From Clostridia bacterium (GTDB taxonomy: Bacteria > Bacillota > Clostridia > TANB77 > CAG-465), in the NCBI GenBank assembly GCA_028692955.1, contig JAQUWH010000004.1:14407-78406 (forward strand): a DNA stretch of 64,000 nucleotides. The letters are read 5' to 3'. Below the pieces are notes generated by a model. That model was not told the DNA's origin. It did not search any database and worked only from the letters and a program-made list of their open reading frames with translations. The translations under genes and the position numbers were made by a program. The stretch's first letter is position 1, and every line of letters starts with the position of its first letter. This document shows, one piece after another, positions 55,592 to 64,000 of the stretch.

Positions 55592-57748
55592 ATGGAAAAT
55601 ATAGTAGAACAAATAGCATTAGAACTTGGTATTCGAGTAAGTCAAGTAAAAAATACAGTAGAATTAATTGATGGTGGAAATACCATACCTTTTATTGCTA
55701 GGTATAGGAAAGAAGTGACTGGTAATCTTGATGATGAAAAATTAAGAGACCTTGATGATAGATTAAAATATTTAAGAAATTTACAAACAAGAAAAGAAGA
55801 GATACTACGTCTAATAGAAGAACAAGGAAATTTAACAGAAGAATTAAGTGCTAGTATTAAAAATGCAAAAATATTGACAGAGTTGGAAGATATTTATAGA
55901 CCATTTAAACCTAAAAAAAGAACTAGAGCAACCATTGCAAAAGAAAAAGGATTGGAACCTTTTGCAAAAATAATCTTAAAACAGTCAAGCGAAATAGATG
56001 ATATTACTAAAATAGCAAGTGAGTATATCAGTGAAGAAAAAGGTGTTTTAACTGCTGAAGAAGCAATTGCTGGTGCATGTGATATCATAGCAGAAGATAT
56101 ATCAGATAATGCCACTTTTAGAAAAGCGATTAGAAGAATATCATATATGACTGGTAAATTATGCTCTGTTGCAATAAAGCCAGAAGAAAAATCTACCTAT
56201 GATATGTATTACAACTTTAGTGAGAACATTAACAAGATACCTTCTCATAGGGTATTAGCAATTAATAGAGGAGAAAAAGAAGAGTTTCTGAAGGTTAAAT
56301 TTGAATTAAATGAGGAAGAAATTTTTAACTATTTAGAAAAGCAAATTATAAAAAGAGAAAGTAGTGTTTCTGAACTATTAAAAGAAACAATAAAAGATGC
56401 ATATAAGAGGTTAATTGCCCCTTCTATCGAAAGGGAAATACGTTCTGATAAGTTTGATGAAGCTTCTGAACAAGCAATTAAAGTGTTTGGTGTTAACGTT
56501 AAAAATTTATTAATGGCAGCACCACTAAAAGATATGGTGGTAATGGGATTCGACCCAGCGTATAGAACGGGTTGCAAAATTGCCATTATTGATGAGACAG
56601 GAAAATTAGTAGATTATACGACAGTTTACCCGACTATGCCACAAAATGATGTAGAGGGAGCAACAAAAACATTACTATCTCTTATCACAAAACATCATGT
56701 AGATATGATTGCCATAGGAAATGGTACGGCATCACGTGAATCAGAAAAATTTGTAGCAGACTTAATCAAAAAGGCAGATAGAAAAGTATATTATACGATA
56801 GTAAGTGAGGCAGGAGCCTCTGTGTATTCCGCTTCAAAACTTGCTACAAAAGAGTATCCAGATATTAATGTTTCTATTAGAGGCGCTATTTCTATTGCAA
56901 GAAGATTACAAGACCCATTAGCAGAACTAGTAAAAATTGACCCGAAAAGTATTGGTGTTGGTCAATATCAACATGATGTCAATCAAAAAAGGCTCGATGA
57001 AAGCTTAACAGGGGTAGTAGAAGATTCCGTTAATAAAGTGGGAGTAGATGTCAATACAGCAACGCCATCTCTTCTTGCGTATATTTCTGGTGTGAATGCA
57101 ACAGTATCAGAAAATATTGTAAAATACAGAGAAGAAAATGGAAAATTTGGCTCGAGAAAAGAATTGTTGAAAGTACCAAAACTAGGTAAGACAGCTTTTG
57201 TACAATGTGCAGGATTTTTAAAAGTACCCGAATCTAACAATATTTTAGATAATACCATGGTTCATCCAGAATCCTATGCTATTACTGAAAAGTTATTAGA
57301 AAAACTAGGATTTAATGTGAAAAAATTAACTAAAAGTGATTTAGAGAAATTAAAAATAAAGCTTGAAAATAGTAATGTAGAACAATTAGCAAAGGAATTA
57401 GAAGTTGGTGTCCCAACAATTACGGATATTGTTACTGAATTAATGAAACCAGGAAGGGATCCAAGGGATGAAATGCCAAAACCTATTTTAAAGAGTGATG
57501 TGCTAAAAATAGAAGATTTATCTATTGGTATGATACTAACTGGTACTGTAAGAAATGTCATAGATTTTGGAGCATTTGTAGATATTGGAATAAAGAATGA
57601 TGGTCTAGTACATATTTCTCATTTGAGTGATAAATATGTGAGAAATCCAATGGAAGTTGTATCTGTTGGAGATATCGTAAAAGTAAAAGTAATTGGAATT
57701 GATTTAGAAAAAGGCAAAGTTAGTTTAAGTATGAAAGATATAGATTGA
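55592..57748 (+). CDS. tex: Tex-like transcription accessory protein (YqgF/HhH/S1 domains)
   Basis: 718 aa. N-terminus IPFIARYRKE, a YqgF-like core, HhH repeats and a C-terminal S1 domain (GTVRNVIDFGAFVDIG). Confidence 0.93.
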   Translation: MENIVEQIALELGIRVSQVKNTVELIDGGNTIPFIARYRKEVTGNLDDEKLRDLDDRLKYLRNLQTRKEEILRLIEEQGNLTEELSASIKNAKILTELEDIYRPFKPKKRTRATIAKEKGLEPFAKIILKQSSEIDDITKIASEYISEEKGVLTAEEAIAGACDIIAEDISDNATFRKAIRRISYMTGKLCSVAIKPEEKSTYDMYYNFSENINKIPSHRVLAINRGEKEEFLKVKFELNEEEIFNYLEKQIIKRESSVSELLKETIKDAYKRLIAPSIEREIRSDKFDEASEQAIKVFGVNVKNLLMAAPLKDMVVMGFDPAYRTGCKIAIIDETGKLVDYTTVYPTMPQNDVEGATKTLLSLITKHHVDMIAIGNGTASRESEKFVADLIKKADRKVYYTIVSEAGASVYSASKLATKEYPDINVSIRGAISIARRLQDPLAELVKIDPKSIGVGQYQHDVNQKRLDESLTGVVEDSVNKVGVDVNTATPSLLAYISGVNATVSENIVKYREENGKFGSRKELLKVPKLGKTAFVQCAGFLKVPESNNILDNTMVHPESYAITEKLLEKLGFNVKKLTKSDLEKLKIKLENSNVEQLAKELEVGVPTITDIVTELMKPGRDPRDEMPKPILKSDVLKIEDLSIGMILTGTVRNVIDFGAFVDIGIKNDGLVHISHLSDKYVRNPMEVVSVGDIVKVKVIGIDLEKGKVSLSMKDID

Positions 57749-57756
57749 GGTGTGAT

Positions 57757-58254
57757 ATGGAAGAATTATTAGCATCAGATAATGTGGTAAAAATGGGAAT
57801 ATTATTCATTGTAGCGCTTATTGCTCTGTTTTTTATATTTAAAAATATGTTTAGAAAAACACATCCTGGTTTAAAAGCTTTTTTCTTAAGTTTTGCCGTG
57901 AGTATACTCCTTGCTGGATTATTTGGGGTGATAGCCTATATGACAGAAAATCAGTATATTTTTTCCAATCAGACCAAATATTATGTGTATGGAAAAGTTC
58001 AAGAAGTAAATAAAAGTGCAAAAACAATTAGAATTTATGCAAGTAAAACATCATTGGATGACATGGATAAAGGAGTTGTTACTGCTAAATTAACTGATTT
58101 TACAGTAGTGGTCGAATTAGGGGATGGAGCAAGCGAAAGGAAAATACCATTAGATGAGATAAAAGCAAATGATGTAGTTCAGATTATGTGTAAGGAAAAC
58201 AAAAGAGAAAACAATATGGTTACAGCCATTAAGATTGTTAAAAGAAATGAATAA
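57757..58254 (+). CDS. two-TM membrane protein with C-terminal beta-rich domain (paralog A)
   Basis: The ATG at 57757 follows the SD GAGGTG and overlaps the tex stop region. Its architecture is shared with the next gene. Confidence 0.65.
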   Translation: MEELLASDNVVKMGILFIVALIALFFIFKNMFRKTHPGLKAFFLSFAVSILLAGLFGVIAYMTENQYIFSNQTKYYVYGKVQEVNKSAKTIRIYASKTSLDDMDKGVVTAKLTDFTVVVELGDGASERKIPLDEIKANDVVQIMCKENKRENNMVTAIKIVKRNE

Positions 58255-58268
58255 CAAGGAGGTATAGA

Positions 58269-58751
58269 ATGGAAATTTCAGATTATGTTAGTACAGAAAT
58301 TATACTAATGGTATCAATGATTATTGTATTATTAATATTAGTAAGACTAGTCTTTAAGTTTATCTCTATGCCAAAACTTGTAAAGGGACTGTTACTAAGT
58401 GCAACTGGTGTGGGAATATTCTTACTTGTTAATAGTTATATTGCAAAAGAAGAGCAAATGTATTTAACGGAGCCAAAAAATTATATTGTTGGCAAAATTG
58501 ACTTTGTAAGTAAAACATTAAAAAAAGCTAGTCTAGATTCGGTGAGCTATTCTGGGAAATTAATAGGAAATGTAGTAATAAAAATACCAAACAATACACA
58601 AATCTATATCGAGGAATCTGGTGTTAAGAAAAAAACTAATATTGATGCATTAAAAACAGGTTGTAAAGTGACTGTCAATGTTCAAGAGAAAGTTAACACA
58701 AAGGAAAAGGAAGATATGACGGCTGTTAAGATACTTATAAAAGTAAAATAA
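58269..58751 (+). CDS. two-TM membrane protein with C-terminal beta-rich domain (paralog B)
   Basis: The SD is AGGAGG. It shares features with paralog A (Y.VGK..., ...MTAVKI... versus ...MVTAIKI...). Confidence 0.65.
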   Translation: MEISDYVSTEIILMVSMIIVLLILVRLVFKFISMPKLVKGLLLSATGVGIFLLVNSYIAKEEQMYLTEPKNYIVGKIDFVSKTLKKASLDSVSYSGKLIGNVVIKIPNNTQIYIEESGVKKKTNIDALKTGCKVTVNVQEKVNTKEKEDMTAVKILIKVK

Positions 58752-58853
58752 ATAGTAACCATTGATGCGACTTGCATATAAAGTTGATTAATGGTAGAAT
58801 ATAATTGTATATTATGGTGGATAATATAATTATCTATCATTTAGGAGGTATAT

Positions 58854-59930
58854 ATGAAAGAAAAAATTAAAGTAGCGCAATATGGTTGTGGAAAGATGTC
58901 AGTGTATACAATGAGATATGTATATGAAAAAGGCGCAGAGATTGTAGCAGCTTTTGATATCGATGAAAGTAAATTTGGAAAAGATATTTCTACTGTAATT
59001 GGGGGAGAAGATAAAGGCGTCGTTATTACAAGTAATAAAAATGCAGAAAAAATTTTATCTGAAACAAAACCTGATATATGTATTATTACAACAATGAGTT
59101 TGTTTAGTGAAACTTATGATGCTTTTGAAGTATGTGCAAAACTTGGCATTAATGCTATTTCAACATGTGAGGAAGCATTCTTTCCAATGAATTCTAATCC
59201 AACATTAACAAAAAAATTAGATGCTATGGCAAAACAATCTGGTTGTACTTTAACTGGTGCAGGTTACCAAGATATTTATTGGGGCAATCTAATTGCAACA
59301 CTTGCTGGTTCAACACATAAAATAGCGAAAATTAAAGGTAGTTCTAGTTATAACGTGGAAGACTATGGTATTGCTCTTGCAAAAGCACATGGCTCTGGTC
59401 TTACATTAGAACAATTCGATAAAGAAGTAGCTTCTGTTGATAAGGTAACAGATGAACAAAGACAAGAGACAATTGAAAAGGGAGAGTATCTTCCATCGTA
59501 TATGTGGAATGTGAATGGCTGGCTTGCAGCAAGACTTGGCCTTACTGTAACACATCAAACACAAAAGACAGTACCACAAACTTATAAAGATGATTTATAT
59601 TCCTCTACTTTGGGAATGACAGTAAAAGCAGGAGATGCTACTGGTATGTCAGCGGTTGTAACAACAGAAACTGCTGAAGGAATTACTATTGAATCTGAAT
59701 GTATTGGGAAGGTTTATGGTCCCGACGAATTTGATAAAAATGAATGGACTATCTATGGAGAACCTGATACAACTGTTATCATTAATAGACCGTCAACCGT
59801 TGAACTTACTTGTGCAACTGTTGTTAATAGAATACCTGATGTGATAAATGCAAGACCTGGATTTGTTCCAACAGAAGAAATGCCTGTTCTTGAATATAGA
59901 ACAAAAGCATTAGAGACATATGTAAAATAA
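58854..59930 (+). CDS. NAD(P)-dependent oxidoreductase of the DapB-like amine dehydrogenase / 2,4-diaminopentanoate dehydrogenase family
   Basis: Rossmann N-terminus KVAQYGCGKMS, with size and layout typical of this family. Substrate unknown. Confidence 0.6.
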   Translation: MKEKIKVAQYGCGKMSVYTMRYVYEKGAEIVAAFDIDESKFGKDISTVIGGEDKGVVITSNKNAEKILSETKPDICIITTMSLFSETYDAFEVCAKLGINAISTCEEAFFPMNSNPTLTKKLDAMAKQSGCTLTGAGYQDIYWGNLIATLAGSTHKIAKIKGSSSYNVEDYGIALAKAHGSGLTLEQFDKEVASVDKVTDEQRQETIEKGEYLPSYMWNVNGWLAARLGLTVTHQTQKTVPQTYKDDLYSSTLGMTVKAGDATGMSAVVTTETAEGITIESECIGKVYGPDEFDKNEWTIYGEPDTTVIINRPSTVELTCATVVNRIPDVINARPGFVPTEEMPVLEYRTKALETYVK

Positions 59931-59948
59931 TAAAACAGATAAGGATGT

Positions 59949-59985
59949 AATGAGATGACTTTGAATGAAAGTTATCTCATTTTTC
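59949..59985 (+). terminator. rho-independent terminator
   Basis: Stem AATGAGAT/ATCTCATT followed by a T-run. Confidence 0.65.
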
Positions 59986-60027
59986 TATTTGAATTAATAT
60001 TTATTTATATAAAATATTATATTCCAA

Positions 60028-60056
60028 TTGACAAACATTCGTTTCTATTGTATAAT
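60028..60056 (+). promoter_or_regulatory. uvrA promoter with weak SOS-box-like dyad in the spacer
   Basis: TTGACA (60028-60033), 17-nt spacer, TATAAT (60051-60056). The dyad AAAC-ATTC-GTTT at 60033-60044 resembles the GAAC-N4-GTTC core with symmetric substitutions. Confidence 0.45.
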
Positions 60057-60084
60057 AAGTATATTCTAAAAGGGAAGTATAAAT

Positions 60085-62919
60085 ATGAATGATAAATTAG
60101 TAATAAAGGGTGCCAAAGAGCACAATTTGAAAGATATAGATATAGAAATACCAAGAGATAAACTTGTTGTATTTACAGGGCTTTCTGGCTCTGGTAAATC
60201 ATCACTTGCTTTTGATACTATCTATGCAGAAGGACAGAGGAGATATGTTGAATCATTATCTGCCTATGCAAGACAATTTTTAGGTTTGATGGAAAAACCA
60301 GATGTGGAGTCAATTGAAGGGCTTTCACCTGCTATTTCTATTGACCAAAAAACAACTTCAAAGAATCCTCGTTCAACAGTAGGAACCGTTACCGAAATAT
60401 ATGATTACTTGAGATTGTTATATGCTAGGGTTGGTATACCACATTGCCCTATTTGTGGGAAAAAGATAAAGAAACAGAGCATCGATGAGATTGTTGACCA
60501 AATCTTGTGTTATGAAGAGGGAACTAAAATTTTAGTAGTAGCTCCTGTCATACGTGGGAAAAAAGGAGAGCATGTTAAGATATTAGAGCAAGCGATTAAA
60601 GATGGTTTTGTCCGTGCCAGAATTGATGGGGAAAATGTTGATTTATCAGATGGTATTCCTGAATTAGATAAGCAAAAGAAACATAGTATTGATATTGTTG
60701 TGGATAGACTAGTGGTTACTGATGAAATAGCACAAAGACTGACTGATTCTGTTGAACTTGCTATGAAATATGCTAATAATCTAGTGGTGATTGCAAAGGT
60801 AGAAGGAGAAGAACAGTTATTTTCTCAAAATTATGCATGCCCAGATTGTGGTGTAAGTTTGGAAGAATTAACACCTAGGATGTTTTCATTTAACAGTCCA
60901 TTTGGCGCATGCCCAGATTGTACTGGTCTTGGTGAGTTACTTAGAATAGATGTTGAGAAAGTTATACCAAATAAAGAGAAAAAACTAAATGATTATGCTG
61001 CTATTCAAGGTTGGTCTGGCGCTGGAAGTATTGTTGATGGTATTAGTAGGATGTATATTGATGGATTATGCGCTTATTATGGAATTGACCCTAATACAAA
61101 ACTCAAAGATTTACCAGAGGGCTTTATGAATATATTACTGTATGGTAGTAATGGCGAGAAAATTCCTTTCAAACACAATACTAAAACGTTAACAAGAGAA
61201 TTTGAATCCGAATTTGAGGGGGTTATTAATACTTTACAAAGAAGATTTTCTGAAACAAAATCTGCTGGTATGAAAACTTATTATGAGCAGTTCATGTCAA
61301 CAAGCCATTGTGATGCTTGTGATGGCGCAAGATTAAAAAAAGAATCACTAGCAGTTACTCTTGGTGGTTTAAATATACATGAACTTTGTAATAGAAATGT
61401 AGAAGCAATTAAATCATTTATCAATCTCACTTATGAGAAAATGTCTAATAAAAATAGATTGATAGCCGAACAAATCGTAAAAGAATTAAATAGTAGATTA
61501 CAATTCTTAATTGATGTAGGTCTTAGTTATTTAACATTATCTAGGGCATCAGGTTCTTTGTCGGGCGGAGAAGCACAAAGAATAAGACTTGCTACGCAAA
61601 TTGGTTCTGGACTTACTGGAGTATTATATATTCTTGATGAGCCAAGTATTGGTTTGCACCAAAGAGATAATGAAAAATTGTTAGTATCTCTTAAAAAGAT
61701 GAGAGATTTAGGCAATACATTAATCGTAGTAGAGCATGATGAAGATACCATGAAAGAATCTGATTATATTGTAGATATTGGACCAGGTGCTGGTGTACAT
61801 GGAGGTAATGTAGTATTTAGTGGGTCTCCCGAAGATATTTTAACTTGTGAAGAATCAATCACAGGCAAATATTTGAGCGGTAAATTAAAAATTGAAGTAC
61901 CTAAAAAAAGAAGAAAATCAGAAAATGGATATATCGAAATTAAAGGTGCAAAAGAACATAATTTAAAAAATATCAATGTTAAATTTCCAGTTGGTGTGTT
62001 TAACTGTGTGACAGGTGTATCAGGAAGTGGAAAATCTACACTTGTCAATGAAATATTATATAAATCGATTACTAAAAAGATTAACCGTAGTAATGTAACA
62101 CCAGGAAAACATGATAAAATACTAGGACTTGATAAAATTGATAAGATTATCAATATAGATCAATCACCAATTGGTAGAACACCACGTTCTAATCCGGCTA
62201 CATATACAGGTATGTTTGACCCAATCAGAGATTTATTTGCAGCAACAAGTGAAGCAAAAATACGTGGCTATCAAAAAGGAAGATTTAGCTTTAATATCCC
62301 TGGTGGTAGATGCGAATCATGCTCTGGTGATGGAATTATTAAAATAGAAATGCATTTCTTACCTGATGTTTATGTGCCATGTGAAGTATGTAAAGGAAAG
62401 AGATATAGTAGAGAGACCTTAGAAGTAAAATACAAAGGGAAGAGTATCAGTGATGTACTGGATATGACAGTAGAAGAAGCTTTAGAATTCTTTAAAAATG
62501 TCACTACGATACATAACAAATTACAAACGTTAATGGACGTTGGTTTAGGTTATATCAAATTAGGACAACCATCAACGACATTATCAGGAGGAGAAGCGCA
62601 AAGAGTAAAACTTGCTACTGAACTTTCTAAACGTTCTACAGGGCAAACATTGTATATACTAGATGAACCGACAACTGGTCTTCATATGGCCGATGTTCAT
62701 AAATTAATAGGGATTTTACAACGCTTGACGGACCAAAATAATACACTAGTGGTTATTGAGCATAACTTGGATATTATAAAATCTGCTGATCATCTAATCG
62801 ATTTAGGACCAGAAGGTGGGGACGGGGGAGGAACGATTGTTGTAACGGGAACTCCAGAACAAGTTGCAAAATGTGAGGCAAGTTATACAGGAAAATTCTT
62901 AAGCAAGATGTTAGAATAA
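60085..62919 (+). CDS. uvrA: excinuclease ABC subunit A
   Basis: 944 aa. Two ABC modules ([31 protein letters not shown] twice) and zinc-finger Cys clusters. Confidence 0.96.
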   Translation: MNDKLVIKGAKEHNLKDIDIEIPRDKLVVFTGLSGSGKSSLAFDTIYAEGQRRYVESLSAYARQFLGLMEKPDVESIEGLSPAISIDQKTTSKNPRSTVGTVTEIYDYLRLLYARVGIPHCPICGKKIKKQSIDEIVDQILCYEEGTKILVVAPVIRGKKGEHVKILEQAIKDGFVRARIDGENVDLSDGIPELDKQKKHSIDIVVDRLVVTDEIAQRLTDSVELAMKYANNLVVIAKVEGEEQLFSQNYACPDCGVSLEELTPRMFSFNSPFGACPDCTGLGELLRIDVEKVIPNKEKKLNDYAAIQGWSGAGSIVDGISRMYIDGLCAYYGIDPNTKLKDLPEGFMNILLYGSNGEKIPFKHNTKTLTREFESEFEGVINTLQRRFSETKSAGMKTYYEQFMSTSHCDACDGARLKKESLAVTLGGLNIHELCNRNVEAIKSFINLTYEKMSNKNRLIAEQIVKELNSRLQFLIDVGLSYLTLSRASGSLSGGEAQRIRLATQIGSGLTGVLYILDEPSIGLHQRDNEKLLVSLKKMRDLGNTLIVVEHDEDTMKESDYIVDIGPGAGVHGGNVVFSGSPEDILTCEESITGKYLSGKLKIEVPKKRRKSENGYIEIKGAKEHNLKNINVKFPVGVFNCVTGVSGSGKSTLVNEILYKSITKKINRSNVTPGKHDKILGLDKIDKIINIDQSPIGRTPRSNPATYTGMFDPIRDLFAATSEAKIRGYQKGRFSFNIPGGRCESCSGDGIIKIEMHFLPDVYVPCEVCKGKRYSRETLEVKYKGKSISDVLDMTVEEALEFFKNVTTIHNKLQTLMDVGLGYIKLGQPSTTLSGGEAQRVKLATELSKRSTGQTLYILDEPTTGLHMADVHKLIGILQRLTDQNNTLVVIEHNLDIIKSADHLIDLGPEGGDGGGTIVVTGTPEQVAKCEASYTGKFLSKMLE

Positions 62920-62949
62920 AAAGAAAAAATTAAAATGTAATATAAATAT

Positions 62950-62985
62950 AAAAGGTATTTTAGAGGTTAGTCTAAAATACCTTTT
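62950..62985. terminator. bidirectional terminator between uvrA and minus-strand small-ORF operon
   Basis: Perfect 15-bp stem AAAAGGTATTTTAGA/TCTAAAATACCTTTT. Confidence 0.8.
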
Positions 62986-63022
62986 AACTATTATGTACTA
63001 GTTATGATATATTGTGCTATGA

Positions 63023-63172
63023 TTAGCAGCAGCAGCAAAGAACTATGATTATTAATATAATCCATATACAGCAGCAGTTTCCACCACCGAATAATCCGTT
63101 ATTACATCCACATCCGCAACCACATGTGTTTCCACATCCACATCCGCATCCGCATCCGCATCTTTCTTCCAT
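63023..63172 (-). CDS. tiny Cys/Gly-rich membrane peptide (YjcZ/tiny-TM-like architecture), 49 aa
   Basis: Not in the ORF track. The SD GAGGTG lies 7 nt before the ATG. Sequence: MEERCGCGCGCGCGNTCGCGCGCNNGLFGGGNCCCIWIILIIIVLCCCC. Confidence 0.6.
   Translation of the reverse strand: MEERCGCGCGCGCGNTCGCGCGCNNGLFGGGNCCCIWIILIIIVLCCCC
63104..63160 (-). repeat. in-frame hexanucleotide (TGYGGA, Cys-Gly) tandem repeats
   Basis: Five consecutive TG(C/T)GGA units at 63131-63160 and 3.5 more at 63104-63124 on the coding (minus) strand. Confidence 0.85.
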
Positions 63173-63203
63173 CTTGATTCACCTCTCTTTGCTCGAGTCC
63201 CGA

Positions 63204-63338
63204 TTAGGGAATTGAACTGTCTAACCTAAAGAAGGTATCGAAGTTCAGTGGTCTAGATGTTCTATCTTTTGAGAAAAGAAAGCCTACTACGACAATCAAT
63301 ATGAGAAAACAGAAGAATTGATTATCTTTGCCCAACAT
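63204..63338 (-). CDS. small single-TM peptide, 44 aa, upstream partner of the Cys-rich peptide
   Basis: Not in the ORF track. The SD AAGGAG lies 9 nt before the ATG. Sequence: MLGKDNQFFCFLILIVVVGFLFSKDRTSRPLNFDTFFRLDSSIP. It ends 31 nt before the next ORF. Confidence 0.45.
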   Translation of the reverse strand: MLGKDNQFFCFLILIVVVGFLFSKDRTSRPLNFDTFFRLDSSIP

Positions 63339-63559
63339 ATATAACACTCCTTTTGAAACCTGATTAAGAATAATTTATTTTAAATTTTTCTTAATCTAAT
63401 ATACTATATTCAAATTAATAAGTTGTTGTTACACATCTTGAAAATATTTTAATTCCTAATATATTTGCTTGATATTCTTTAGAACTATATGATATAATAA
63501 ATAAAAATAGCATTAAAAAATGCTTATGTGGGGGTTCTTATGAAGAATAGATTGTATAA

Positions 63560-64000
63560 TGTAATATTTCCTATATGGTTTTTAATTTTGTTCCCAATTG
63601 TATGGTTGATCGTTTTACCAGCTAACTTTATCATTGATACGATAGTGATTTTACTTGCTTTAAAGTTACTAAAAGTTACCAATCTGAAAGAAACATATAA
63701 AAAGACGATCATAAAGGTTTGGTTATTTGGATTTATTGCTGATTTTATAGGGGCTTTGCTTTTAATTGCCATTCAATTTATCTCTACAGGTACCTTTATG
63801 TCTGATGTGGTAGCTGCTTTAGCATATAATCCGTTTACTAATATTTATGCATTATTAATTACAATACTTGCTATTATTATATCTGCAATAGCGATATATT
63901 TGTTTAATGTGAAAATATCTTTGAAAAAAGTTGACCTTGAAGTAAAAACGAAAAAGAAAATTGCACTTGCACTTTCTATCTTTACAGCACCATACTTGTT
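63560..64000 (+). CDS. multi-pass membrane protein, 3'-truncated by window end
   Basis: The open frame runs from the ATG at 63560 (after GGGGG) to the window edge, 147 codons with no stop. The sequence MKNRLYNVIFPIWFLILFPIVWLIVLPANFIIDTIVILLALK... is hydrophobic. It is absent from the track because it has no stop. Confidence 0.7.

Overview
AT-rich (roughly 30% G+C by eye) Firmicutes-type chromosomal segment using the standard bacterial code, since long ORFs are not interrupted by TGA. Most of it is housekeeping. The genes are dnaE, a NodB deacetylase, ychF, an amidase, murC, tRNA-Leu(CAA), two opposed tRNA-Gly(UCC) genes, an XRE/membrane pair, a MacB/FtsX-type ABC transporter, mscL, ogg and a DUF4358-MBOAT-DHHW O-acylation trio. 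They continue with rpmG-secE-nusG-rplKAJL, tmRNA (ssrA), radA-disA-carD, murE, a Lon-related protease, rimI-tsaB-tsaE, addA, pgeF, pgsA, a GT51 transglycosylase, perR-rbr-dfx, tex and uvrA. I saw no CRISPR array, rRNA, transposase, integrase or intact prophage. The stand-out is a family of four paralogous modular proteins: one at 20825-22210 and a three-gene cluster at 38806-46676. Each has a type IV pilin-like N-terminus, (K/R)xG-I-(S/T)-L-I plus a hydrophobic helix, but lacks the canonical Glu5. These N-termini are fused in shuffled combinations to Ig-like modules, FGE-sulfatase/C-type-lectin-fold modules and an unassigned Cys-containing C-terminal module. No pilus assembly genes lie in the window. 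The last ~140 nt of the solitary copy (22061-22200) is a sharp compositional island: ~49% GC, A-depleted, about one third NNC codons, and Arg always CGT. It sits where diversity-generating retroelement (DGR) variable regions lie in FGE/CLec-fold targets. No reverse transcriptase or template repeat is present in the window, so this remains a hypothesis. Secondary observations: a tRNA-Gly(UCC) copy with a non-canonical T-arm and a Lys-type (DDPA) MurE motif. There is also an unlisted two-gene small-ORF operon encoding a (Cys-Gly)n/Cys-rich tiny membrane peptide built on hexanucleotide repeats, and a degenerate Fic remnant beside ssrA. Further items are tandem gene duplications, a recurring TCGACAAAA intergenic motif, and an MscL with a zinc-ribbon tail.
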